A stretch of DNA of 64,000 nt, taken from the NCBI RefSeq assembly GCF_037042905.1, contig NC_087263.1:13208001-13272000 (forward strand), given 5' to 3'. Source of the stretch: Lytechinus pictus. Taxonomy: Eukaryota. This document shows positions 27,460-39,584 of this stretch, in pieces. The notes beneath the pieces were generated by a model, which saw only the letters and a list, made by a program, of their open reading frames with translations, was not told the DNA's origin and made no database searches. A program made the translations under genes and the position numbers. Within the stretch, counting starts at the first letter, position 1. Every line of letters begins with the position of its first letter.

Positions 27460-28051
27460 AGGTCAAGTCCACCCCAGAAAAATGTTCATTTGAATATATA
27501 GAGAAAAATCAAACTAGCACAACACTGAAAATTTCATCAAAATTTGATGTAAAATAAGAAAGTTATGAAATGTTAAAGTTTCGATTATTTTTCACAAAAC
27601 AGTGATAATATGCTCAACTGAGTGACATGCAAATGAAATAATTGATGATGTCCCTCACTCACAATTTTTTTTTTTTTTTTTATTATACAATATTTTATTT
27701 TTTACAAATTTGGCAATAAGGACCAACTTGACTGAACCATATAGTATTTAACAATGCTAATTCCACATGTTCAGGGAGGAATTAATCGTTGTTTCACTTA
27801 GCAATGAGGAGAAAATTAGAATATTTCATATAATAAAATACAAAAGAAATAGTGAGTGGATGACGTCATCAGTCTCCTCATTTGAATAAAGACCAGGATG
27901 TGCATATAACTGTTTTGTGAAATTAAGCGAAACTTTAAAATGTCATAACTATCTTATTTTACATCCGATTTTGATGAAATTTTCAGTGTTATGTTTGTTG
28001 GATTTTTCTCTTTTTATTCAAATCAACTTTTCTTTGGAGTGGACTTGTCCT
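27460..28051. mobile_element. Kolobok-like MITE
   Basis: TTAA-AGGTCAAGTCCAC...GTGGACTTGTCCT-TTAA with long imperfect arms. Confidence 0.9.
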
Positions 28052-29295
28052 TTAAGAACAGGAAATATGATATCTAAATTAGGGCTGTCAAGGCATTTCT
28101 TCTCCTTCCTATGCCATGCCCCATTCATTCATTCACGAACATGAACATGAATACCACATACTTCTTCATGATCATCATGCTGGTTAATTAATAATTTCCA
28201 CCACAACATGACAAGTTGTCTTTCTTCCTTCTACAGTTTCAAGGTGAAACATTAATGACGAGAGGCAAAGTTTTGGCCTGCGGTTGATTTAGTAAGACAT
28301 TTTGTTTTCCTGAAAAAACTTTTACTCATACATGCACTTTTTTCCGTTTTTTTCTACGTGACGAGACGGAAGTGTGTATTTTTTTTCCACCTCTCTTAGT
28401 ATTTTGTTTGATTCAACTTCTCTCATGCGTTTTTTTTTAATGAAATTGTGGAAATAAGACCTTCACCTCAGTAAACTGTATAATGTGATTTTCAAGATTC
28501 TTGTAAGAAGCTGTCACACAGCCTTGCATATCGATCGATCGCAGAATAAGGTGCCATATTTACAGGGTTCAAGGATACCAATGTCAGAAAATGGCAAAAT
28601 CCAACATTTGTATTGTATCCAAAAGAAGTGTGCACAAAAAGTCTGTTAATAAATGATTGGAAGCTTCAGCAATTGTTTACGTGGTAAGTTGGAGTCTCTT
28701 TTTGTTCGCAGGAAGTTTTAAAACAATTAAAAATTTCACACGGGGACAAAAAGCAACTCCAGGCGACCCCCTCGAACAATTGGAGAAGCTTCCGAACATT
28801 TAAGCAACCATTCTGGGCATTTCTGTTGGATAAAATACAAATGATGGACTTTGCCAATGTTTGACATCATTTGCATGCTGCTTCACAGAACGTTCATGAG
28901 TCTCATGAAAACAGGTAAAATTGTATCCAATTCAGACCACTCTCATATAGAGTTTTCTACTGCAAAACTAGAAATGAAGTTAGGGCGGAGCCCCACTTCA
29001 CAACTCCACTATAAAAAAGGTTAAGAGTTCAGAATCTACTCATGAACTTTTACTCATCAACGCGGGGTCAGGCATCATCTTTATGACTTTTATTCCTGGC
29101 TTTGTTGCACTATTGAGTTTAATTCTTCCTTTGGTTTATCAGCTTGGGAATTCCTGGAGGCTGACGACTGGATGACTGAAGGAGTTCTTCCAAAGGTGGG
29201 TTCAAGCGATTTTCTTTGAACAGGAATCGCAAACATAAAGAATAAGTTAAAATAGGAACACCAAACTGAAGTTCCTTTCGAGACCAACTTGTAAA

Positions 29296-29557
29296 CCATG
29301 AACACTAGTGGTTACGACTCTCGTCTTTCAATCGGGACGTGGGTTTGAATCCCAGCCATGGTGTGTTTTCCTTCGGCAAGATGTTTACCCACATTGTGCT
29401 GCACTCAACCCAGGTGAGGTGAATGGGTACCAGCAGGATTAATTCCTTGAATGCACCAAGTGCCTTTCGCAGCTGGAGCTACAGCCGGGGTAATTTATAG
29501 TGCACCATTGAATAGGCAACTAGATATATTGGCGCCTCATAAATGCTATATATTATC
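29296..29557 (+). mobile_element. tRNA-derived SINE, same family
   Basis: GGGTTTGAATCCCAGCCATGG...CCCAGGTGAGGTGAATGGGTACC; different 3' tail from 14789. Confidence 0.85.
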
Positions 29558-29562
29558 AACTA

Positions 29563-30086
29563 TAGGCAACAGTGATTATGCAGAATTACGTTTCAAAATG
29601 CACTATTTTCAATGTCTCATGTTTGAATTTTAACAGATTTATATATTACATCACCCAACAACAGGTTATGTGAACGCAACACTATTCTAAACTAGATAAA
29701 AGACTTGAGAAGTTATTATTAAATGAAAATTAGTCTAGGCAACAGTGACAATGCAGAATAACGTTTCAAAATGCACTATTTTCAATGTCTCATGTTTGAA
29801 TTTTAACAGATTTATATATTACATTACCCAACAACAGGTTATGTGAACGCAACACTATTCTAAACTAGATAAAAGACTTGAGAAGTTATTATTAAATGAA
29901 AATTAGTCTAGGCAACAGTGATTATGCAGAATTACATTTGAAAATGCACCATTTTTCAGTGTTTTATGTTTGAATTTTAACAGATTTAAATAATACACCA
30001 AACAACAAAATCTTGTGTGAACGCAACTCTGTTTCAAACTAGATAGATGACTTTTGAGAAGTTATTATCAAATGAATATTAGTCTG
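29563..30086. repeat. Tandem repeat, 173-bp unit x3
   Basis: TAGGCAACAGTGA at 29563, 29736 and 29909. Confidence 0.95.
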
Positions 30087-31560
30087 AACGCAACCTGAAA
30101 CCACAGGTTCAATGTGATTAGGATTTTCTTACATCATCCAACAGGGGCTCTTTAATCTAAATTAAATTTCAAGCCAATTTAATCGGGACAACCACAATAT
30201 ATCTCGTTCGCCTCATTTCTTTCTTTATTCATTAGAGATTCTCTTTTGAGTCAGATACCGTACCTCAAACAATGAATGGAGAAAAGAATCCTCTCTGAAG
30301 TTCATGGAGAGTTTATGACTTCAACCATTCTTAAAAAGACTTCAACTTCATCACAAAGGTTATCAATTTAATGTTATTTAAGGAGGAATATTGATAAGTA
30401 TGCAATAAGGCCAATGTATCTTACTGGCACTACCCCCCCCCCCCTCATATTTATTGACCAATTTGTATTTCTTACTCATCATATGAAGGTACACACTAAA
30501 TCACAGATTTACAATAAATCCAGAACAGATTTTAAAAGTGACAAGCCAAACACTGGATTTCGATTAAATCTGTTAAAGATTTGAATTTAAAAACTTTCAA
30601 CTTTCAAATATCAATTTAAAGTTTAAACCCTCCAAGATTCAAAAGTAAATCTTTTAAGATTCATATTAAAGCAGAACCAATCTGGAATCATTTTAAATCA
30701 TTATTATCTATTGTGTAGGCCTATTTGTTTTGCCATGAAAAACAAATTCAGAGAGCCTACCAAAATGGCAGATATAAGGCACAAGCCACAAAAAAATATA
30801 TTAAATATATCTTTGCATATACAATCAATCCTTCAGTGCCCCAAAACAGCATTCTGTCTTTAAAAGAAACACCTGGCCAGTTGAAACAATGAATTTTATC
30901 ATCTTGTATTAATGAGGGCAGTAACACTGAGGTTATTAATAAGAATGGGATATTCAATTAATTATCAAAACCAACGACCAGAGTTCCAATTACAAGCGAC
31001 GGAAAAGACAAATCCAGTCCTCACCAGAATTTTATACCGCCCCGTGTCTCCTAAAGCCTACAAACGTCACCCATTTCCGAAACATTATATTTCAATTCTT
31101 TTGTCATTTATATAAAGACTTGGAAAAACTTGTCGAACATTTGGTTTGGATTAGTAGAAAATAACTTTCTCACTTTTAATTGTGGTTTTGGAAGGTGACA
31201 GTGAGATCAGAGTCTTTCCCAAATTGGAGGTGAATTTCTTGAACTTCTTTGCAAAGAGGAGGAAGAGTAATACTTCCTCCTCAAATAAAAGACACATTTC
31301 ATTTGATCTCTAATATCTTACGCTGGAAACTTCATTTCTTGAAAAATTAATGCCCAAGGTTAAAAGCAAATTATTTCATCATGCACAAAATACTTATTTG
31401 AATACATTGCATGCGTTGTCCTCCGACAAATTATCTTTTTTAATTGATGATTGCACGCAATACCAGTATTAACAATTCCCAAACTAGACTAGAACACAGA
31501 CTTTTCTGGGTAGAAAATGGTAAGAAATGTGACTAGAACTAGTTGCACCCTTTCCATTCA

Positions 31561-31806
31561 TAATAATAATGACAATAGCTAGATTTTTAAGTGTTTTTTG
31601 CTTGAGGAACTAAGCTTTGGTATAATAGGCGCTCACGCATTCAAGGAAATTCTTTGTTCCAGGTCTACACATTCATCTCACCTGGGTTGAGTGCAGCACA
31701 ATGTGGGTAAATTTCTTGCTGAAGGAAAACACGCCAATGCTGGGATTCGAACCCATGTCCCTCGGATTGAAAGACAAGATTCATAACCACTAGACCATGA
31801 CGCCCC
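31561..31806 (-). mobile_element. tRNA-derived SINE, same family
   Basis: Plus strand shows CACCTGGGTTGAGTGCAGCACA and GGGATTCGAACCC, with a (TAA)n tail at 31561. Confidence 0.85.
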
Positions 31807-32028
31807 ATTATGTGCATATCTAGTCATTTAAACTACATGCAGTTTATTAAGAGAACAATCTGGCTGCAAATGGGTTCACTGACACCAATCACAAAATCCT
31901 ACGTCCCTCTCTTTGAAAAGTCTACAAAACCCATCATATTCAATAAGAGGGTTAAGCTAACCATACCGCATGGTGGAAAAGCAGATTAGTAACAAGCAGA
32001 GGAACAGAAGACCCACCCGCTCTCCATA

Positions 32029-32504
32029 GGTGGTTTCAGACCGCCTCGAAGTTCGCCAGTTCCAGGTATTCTCTGATCGGGAAATTTACCCCGATCAGAA
32101 AATACCAGGTATTTTGGCGGTGTGAAAGCAAACTACGCGTAATATCCCCGAAAGAAAATACCCGATAAATAGTAGGTACTTGGCGAAATTACGAGAACTT
32201 TCGCGGGGATTTTTCCAAGGTCGTGGGTATTTTGGCGGTCTGAAAGCAAATTACGGGAACTTTTAGCCCAGCGTGTCGTTGGGTGCGGCGCCGTGCATGG
32301 GTTGCTGCTGGGCTAGTGATTTTGAATTTCGCGCCTTGCTGCTTATCAGACCATACTGCGCATGCTCGTAACTTCAGGAACTTATCCCGAAGGGTATGTT
32401 TCAGGGCGGTGTGAATGCAGGAATAATTAATGGGTATTTTTCAGCCTAAAAAAGTTCTCGTAATTTAACAGGGATTCTTGTGATCGAGGCGGTTTGAAAC
32501 CACC
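32029..32504. mobile_element. TA-flanked MITE with GGTGGTTTC TIRs
   Basis: TA-GGTGGTTTCAGACCGCCTCGA...TCGAGGCGGTTTGAAACCACC-TA; internal GGCGGT(G/C)TGAA repeats. Confidence 0.9.
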
Positions 32505-32623
32505 TACTGAACACACCAAATTTCCTCCAGTCTCCACTCAGGAAAAAAGGGGGCTCGCTGCGGAGAGAGCACAAAGCCGCTTTGTCTCTCCATACACCAA
32601 CAAATTTCCACCCCTTCCTTGAC

Positions 32624-32641
32624 GGCGCCCCCTAGAGGCCA
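32624..32641 (-). promoter_or_regulatory. CTCF-like motif
   Basis: Minus strand TGGCCTCTAGGGGGCGCC, close to the CTCF core CCACCAGGGGGCGC, within a CpG-rich patch. Confidence 0.5.
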
Positions 32642-32884
32642 TTCCCAAGTTGGCCGGTCAGCGATAGTCATCGCCAGTCATGCAGGGAGCATGACGGTAC
32701 AGATTACGCTGCGGCGACTTTCGGGCCCCGGCGAGAAATTAAGCGTCTTGGAGGCTAGTTTGAACTTGCTCACCCTTTCCGTTAGGACAATTGCTTGCAG
32801 ATGATGAGCTTGCTGGGTATGGCACAGACGTGGCATATGGACACCATTCAGGTTGGTTCTTTGAGGCTGGGAGCTGATTACATC

Positions 32885-33350
32885 TTTCAAGCAAGTCAAA
32901 CACTTTCCTGACACATTCTCACAAAAGTCAAAACAGGACAAGAATGTTTGAAACATAAAACTTGTTTCCTGACTTGGGCTTCATACAAAACCTGAAGAAG
33001 TATCAACCTATCTTCCAAGAAAGTCAAACACTTTCCTAATCACATTATTTCAAAGTCAAATTATGACAAGAACGTTGCAACAATAAAACTTCTTTCTTGC
33101 TCTTAACATACTTCAAACTTAATCCGAAGCAAGTCAAACACTTTCCTTATCACATTAGCTCAAAACACTACAAGAATGCTGAAACATAAAAACTTGATTC
33201 CTTACTTGGACTTAAAACAAAAGTCTGAAGAAGTATCAACCCATCTTCCAAGAAACTCAAACACTTTCTAATCACAAACATCAAATCATGACCAGAATGT
33301 TGCAACAAAAAAATTATTTCTTGCTTTTAACTTCGAACTTAATCCGATGA
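32885..33350. repeat. Degenerate tandem duplication
   Basis: AAGTCAAACACTTTCC-type motif recurs four times; CTGAAGAAGTATCAACC twice. Confidence 0.8.
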
Positions 33351-33453
33351 AGTTCCCCTCCAACCATAACCTTGAACACCGTGCTATCTTCCTAAGATAG
33401 CTAATAATCGATAATACAGAAAATCATACTAATAGTTTCCCCCACACTTTTAT

Positions 33454-33989
33454 AGGACAAGTCCACACCAACGAAAACTAAAAAATCAAAATCGGTTGCA
33501 AAATAAGAAAGTTATGACATTTTTAAGTTTCACTTAATTTCACAAAACAGTTGTATGCACATCCTGGTTGGTATACAAATGAGGGGACTGATGATGTGAT
33601 CCACTCAATATTTCTTTTGTATTTTAATATATGAAATATTCTTGTTTTCTCCTCATTGCCCTGTTAAAAAAAAGTTTTATTCCTCCCTGAACATGTGGAA
33701 TTTTCATGTTTTAACATTTTGTGGTTCAGTCAAGTTGGTCCTTATTGCCAAATTTGTAAAAATTTAAATATTGTATAATTCAAACAAACAAAAAACAAAA
33801 GAAATAGTGAGTGATGGACATCATTGACTATCTCGTTTGCATATAAAAGTTTTGTGAAAAATAAGTGAAACTTTAAAGTGCCATAACTTTCTTATTTTAT
33901 ACATCCGATTGATGAAATTTTCAGAGTTATGCTTGTTTGATTTTTCTCTATCAATTCAGATCAACATTTTTCTGGGGTGGACATGACCT
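33454..33989. mobile_element. Kolobok-like MITE, same family as 27460, opposite orientation
   Basis: AGGACAAGTCCAC...GTGGACATGACCT; internal CTCCCTGAACATGTGGAAT is the reverse complement of the 27460 copy. Confidence 0.85.
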
Positions 33990-34187
33990 GTAAAACTGGG
34001 GTGTTAAAACTGACACCTTTTGGTTCCCTAGAGGATCACATCCTGAGGTGTTAGAATTACACCATAGAGATTAAACATAACATCACACTGTAAAAGTAAC
34101 AACCGACGGTGTTGTAATTACACACATAGGTGTTGAACCAGCACAGCAAATTTGACACAAGATTAAAATGACTGTTGCGGTCCTCTA

Positions 34188-34867
34188 CACACTAAGAAAT
34201 CCCGGTGCAAATGGGGTGTATGATACATGTGTACACCTCGCAATACCATCGAGGTGCAAGTTAGCTCTTATGCGAGAGTATGTGTCTGTTGTACACCCCT
34301 GTATTCTTTGCGTGCACCACACCAGTCTCGCTGATAGACGTATGGTATAGATAAAGTTGATTTGTGATCGCAGATTACCCGAAATAACAATGCACTAACG
34401 CCACACTTTACCGAAGTGAAATAATTTGTTAAATATTTAATATTTATGTGATAATTGTTTCAATAACACTTTTGATTACGTATACATTTGGAGAAACAGT
34501 AGATAGAGCTACTTGAATCACAGCTATCAGCACAAGTAAAAAAAGAATCGGACCTCATCCAATATCAGCGCTTCTCGCTGGCATAGTGGGAAGAATCTTG
34601 ACTACAGATAAAACGAGGTGAGTTCGAGTCCCAACTAAAGTAACTAAAAAATCGATGGACCGGAAGTCTCGACAATCTTTTTGCTATTTTAGGTGGGATA
34701 CATTATGCACTGTACGTACACCCTCTAAGGAGCAGGTAGACACCCAAAATAGGGGTGCACACTGTACACCCTATTCGGAGTGTACGTGTGCACCCCTAGG
34801 GGTACTCGTATAGGGACAAGCCTGTGCACCCCTAGGGTGTAAAATTGAACCCTAATTTCTTAGTGTG
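34188..34867. mobile_element. TA-flanked TIR element with CACAC termini and subterminal GT(A/G)CACCC repeats
   Basis: TA-CACACTAAGAAAT...ATTTCTTAGTGTG-TA. Confidence 0.85.
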
Positions 34868-35789
34868 TAGTAATGTTTTTGAAGTGATATTATCAAGAAA
34901 AGGAATTCTGAAAAATATAATTCAACAGTCTTTTTAATTCCATACAGCATTTGACAACACCTTTAAAATATAAAAATACTGAAAAAAAGTGTTATTACAA
35001 TGTCTTTTCCAAATATGTGTACATCTATAAAAATGAAGGGGAATAAACATGTCGCATTTCAAATTTATTATCCCAACCTTTTCACTCAAAATATGGTCCA
35101 AAGAATGGAAGGAATACGGATTATCGTACTCTTATTATAAAGCATTATCTAACCATCTTTTCTAACTGTACTGTTAATTCTTTTAAGTATGGCAAAATGG
35201 TACTACTTTTGAAAACATGATCCCTTACAAATCTAATAGCTCTTGACAACATTTCCCAGGCAATGTCTCACCATCTCTGAGGGTAATTCTGAAGAACCCT
35301 AGCTCCCCTCTCAACTCCAGAAAACAATACGAATCGTCCAGTCATACACCCCACTGACCACAAGGCAAGACAAAAAGAACAAAAGGCTTGAGAATGACAC
35401 GATCTTAGTCAGAGCAGCACGGGGATTCGGGAGAGGCCGGTCCTGTCAATTGCACGGTCCCATCCCTTTGTTTTTATGTCATTACTTTGCTGGAATCGAT
35501 GTAATGCCTAATTTGCAGTGGGAGACAGACAATTGTATCAAGTCATCTTCCTTGGCATAGCATGTGAAGACGAGTGTTGCGAGTCATTCAACCTCTATCG
35601 TTCAGCTTCCATATCATAGGAAAGAGCACACTGATTGAACGATGAAAATTGGTTTCATCGTAAAATGCCGTTTCCAAATCAATACCAATGTGACTACGTG
35701 GAGCCCTCACGTTTCTTCCTCTTTTCATAAACAAAGATTTGTATCTCAAATTTCCATAGAAGCCATGTTCATTTTGTCTAATTAATACT

Positions 35790-36055
35790 CATGAAAATGA
35801 AAATCCATATTTTATTGTTCAAAATAGACATTAAATGAAATACTCCGAAAATTTGCTTCGCTAATTGATCGTGGGCTCGGCAGCCGCTGTGCAGCGCCAG
35901 ATCGACGAGGCTCTATCCCTTTAATCGTTGAACGCCAAACAGGGTAGCAGCAACTCCCATGTTTTAACGTCTTTTGGTCTGATGCGGCTGGGGTTTGAAC
36001 TCCCGACCTCCCGGTTGTGAGACGTATGCTTAACCAACTAGGCCAACACACCGGT
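35790..36055 (-). mobile_element. tRNA-derived SINE, same family as 10629-10892
   Basis: Colinear with the first copy along its whole length; (TTTTCA)n tail. Confidence 0.85.
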
Positions 36056-38089
36056 ATAGTCATCTGGGGTCTATTTCACAGAGAGTTGCAACAATTGTAA
36101 CTTTGCTATTATGGCAGCTACCACGGTAACAGGGCTCATCAGCCAATCACAATCAATTATAATTAGATTTAAACCTTGTGAATTTGAAGCTGAAAGATTT
36201 GAATTTAAATCCTATAAGATATAAAAATCAATCTCTAAGATTCAAAATAAAAAAATATCCGATTCAAATGGCCAGCATGCACAGCTGCTCTAAAGTTACC
36301 CTTAATTCTTGAAATTCAGAATTGAGAGAAAAATTTAAAAAAGTGAAAATCATCATCACTTACCTGACGGATGAAGGAATTTGATGAGAAAGTTAGAACA
36401 TCAATTAAGAGACATGTTGAGAAAAAGGGAAGAGAATAAAAAATGTGTTAGTTAATGACATTTGAGACATTAGACATATAAGAATACAGAATTCAGCAAG
36501 ATTGTTTTTGCATCCATGCCGTATTTACATCTTATGGATCCTGTCATTAGTATAATATCATATTCCTATCCAATATTCTTAACATTTCATTAAATTTAGG
36601 GAGAGAACTGGGCATCAAGGGTAAATACCATGGTAACAGTCAGGGCTCAGAAGCACAAAAAAAGGAGTCCAAAGTTACTCTTAAAAAAAATATTGGGTAA
36701 AAGTGCTCCATGAGGGTAATTACGTGTCAACCAACATTGGGCATTTTCATTTATCCAGCGTGATAAAAAATTTGCCCATTCTAAAGTAATTGCTGCTTAA
36801 TTTTAACCTTAATGGACAATATGCTTCCCACATGGGGTAAAATACTGCCCCAAATTGGTTAGACACATAATTACCCTTGTGGTGGTAAAAATTTTACCAA
36901 ATATTTTACAGTGCATATGGGGTACATTACAATGATGCCACGGGATCGCAGATATTTAGGGATAAATATGACTAATAACTTCTGGAAGTATTGAGAAGAT
37001 GAATTGATCATTGGTGTTGGAATTTTAAATAGAAGATGATAAAGAATTCAACACCAAGTGCAGGTTTGATTACGCCCAATTTCATCCAGCCCATTTATTT
37101 TCTAATTAAGGATCCGCTGAGCTGATGATCACCTTGTCAGCATCCAGACAACGAAATGTGACTCATCCAACATTGCTTGGGATAACTTCTCCATGAGGCC
37201 CACCTGAAATTCACTTTATTGTCTACAGCGAAGGGAATTCCCCCAAGGGAATTATCCCGAGGGGACCCCCCCCCCCTGGTCCCCACAAACCCTTTTGTCA
37301 TTTCAATATTAAAGTAGAGTCTGGAACTGAAACGCTTTGTTTTGATTGGGAGGGGGTTGCAAGGCATGATTGTTTGAATGTTGTTCATTATGGTAAATCT
37401 TTGTATATTATCTTACCTAAAAGAACAATTACAATACAATATCAAAAAGGCATAAATTGGATAAGTAAAAAGGGGGAGGCAGACATATTGGGAGGTATTC
37501 ACAGATCTTTGAGAATGGTTAAATGTTTTCCAACTACTCAAAGTTTCTCTTCTCATGAAAACAGCACATCTTCAACACAAAGAAGCACAGTGTTTTCGAA
37601 TTAAACCTGAAAAAATATGGCATAAATTATATGTACTGTTTGAACTTGAAGAGCAAGGTTGCCTCTATTTGTTAGCTAATTCAGATTCCCACATTAGATG
37701 AAAAATTGGTAGTGCCTTTCAAATGTATGAACAAATAGAGAGATTTAGAAATATTGATTATTTCAGGCCATGTATTGATAATAGATTTTTAATCTGGCCA
37801 TATTCATATTTGGAAGAATTTCGAAGAAACAGACCTTATATCTTAAATATGAAGCAATAAACTTAAATTTAGATATTGTTTAGGCAATTACATCACAAAA
37901 TTTATTTCAAGAATAATGACAAACATTTTTAAATCTGATCAACTACTTTCATTACTCAATTTGACAGCTACTTGACTTCCATCACAAATCAATAATCACG
38001 AATTATAACCACACAGTGTTTGTGAACAACCAAAACCAAATGTACCCTTTCAACATACTACTATTACTCTATTTAATTCCTAGTTCAAG

Positions 38090-38300
38090 TTTTATTTTCC
38101 ATTTCCATTATCAACATTATAAGCAAATACAAATCAAACATACATTATAAATATAAACAAATACAAATGAAATATGATAACAATAATAAATCAATTACAA
38201 GTTCCAAAACATTTGTAAAATAGGTTTAACAGAATCTGATATGCAAATGAGGGGATCCACTAAAAAGCATTGCTTGTAGAGCGTGGATCCCCTAAGATAG
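38090..38300 (-). mobile_element. Probable LINE 3' end
   Basis: GGGGATCCAC...AAGCATTGCTT...GTGGATCCCC stem-loop next to an AT-rich tail-like segment. Confidence 0.45.
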
Positions 38301-38575
38301 TATACTAAACATTTGAAAAATGGGACTCATTCGCAAGTGTAAATACAATAAGTTGAAATAGAGAATTGGAAATAATAATATAATAATAATAGTAATACAC
38401 TCATTGATATTGGTAAGTATGTCAAAAGCTCTGTTTATTGGATAAATTGAACATGTTCAACTTATTGTTCAACATGAATTATATGTAATTTTTTTTTTTG
38501 TTCCGAGCACTATGAAGCATCTTGAGATGGAAAGTGCGCTATACAAGTCTCATGTATTAATATTATTCTTATTAA

Positions 38576-38953
38576 AGTGATTGGTTAACATTGGTTTGAC
38601 TTTTAAAAAATCTGAGCTAGAAGGTCACACTTGTCACCTGTGTCTGTGATATGTTACAAAAATGAAGACCAGAAAAAATTGCGTTCGAAAATAATTATTT
38701 AGTGCTTCAAAAATTGAAATATAAAGTGACCAAAAACACCATCTTAATTTCATCCCATACACTTATGTGTACTATTTAGGCGTCTATAAGACGCCTTTTT
38801 ACAAAATCGGGGTTTGCCTTGTAGATTTAGCTTTTCATTCTCAATAATGGTTGTTTTCAGGGTTTATTAGTTCTAATACATGCACTTGTACACATGTTTC
38901 ATCTTGGTTTGAGAATTTTTTAAATCGGCTGCTCACAAAGTTAAACAATACCT
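38576..38953. mobile_element. Kolobok-like element with short imperfect TIRs
   Basis: TTAA-AGTGATTGGTTAACATT...AAAGTTAAACAATACCT-TTAA. Confidence 0.65.
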
Positions 38954-39403
38954 TTAAAGTAGATTGAGGATGCCTATTGAAATACTGTGTTATCAATTTA
39001 ACTCATACAAGATTAATTCTGATAAGTACATCATGATTCATCATTTCAAAAATTACCCAGGGCACATAAATGACAATTGAATATGGAGATTACCAAACAA
39101 AAATATTGATATAGTAAGTCCAAACTTCAGTTTGAAGAATTAATCAAGCTCATATTAGAGTAAATAAACATAGGCTTATTTATCAAACACATGGTATGTC
39201 CATGATCTTATTAATTAATATTACAACAAAAGATAAAAACAAAAACAAATTTGGGAAATTTTGATCATGCAAGAAATATTGGCAACTTGCCAGTTTGACC
39301 TTGGGTAAATCCCTGCAAAAGTTTTTTTTTTTTTTTTTAAAGTAAATACTAATTTGCAGACCTTTCGGGGATATTACAGTAGTCTGCTTTCGCAGTGGCA
39401 AAG

Positions 39404-39584
39404 TAGTCTGCTGGGCAAACCCTTCGCTCGAGTTAAGGGTCTGAATGTGCAGCCTACTCATGCCTTGTGTACTGAAGGCTCTCTCTCTCTCTGTATTGGA
39501 ACAGCAATTTTTGTATGTGCTAGTCTTTGCGTGGAGGCACACTTGTTGATCAAAGTTCCAATGAGGGTCTGTGCCTGCAGACTA
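39404..39584. mobile_element. Small TAG...CTA element with 9-bp TSD (AcademH-like)
   Basis: GTGGCAAAG-TAGTCTGCTGGGCAAACCCT...AGGGTCTGTGCCTGCAGACTA-GTGGCAAAG; a related end occurs at 20239. Confidence 0.75.

Noticed and set aside
28440..29290. Possible decayed coding sequence
   Set aside because: The frames I translated contain stops and no recognisable transposase or RT motif; needs BLASTX.
2237..30086. Two tandem repeats that both have 173-bp units
   Set aside because: The sequences are unrelated and other duplications have 78, 159, 221 and 260 bp periods; probably coincidence.
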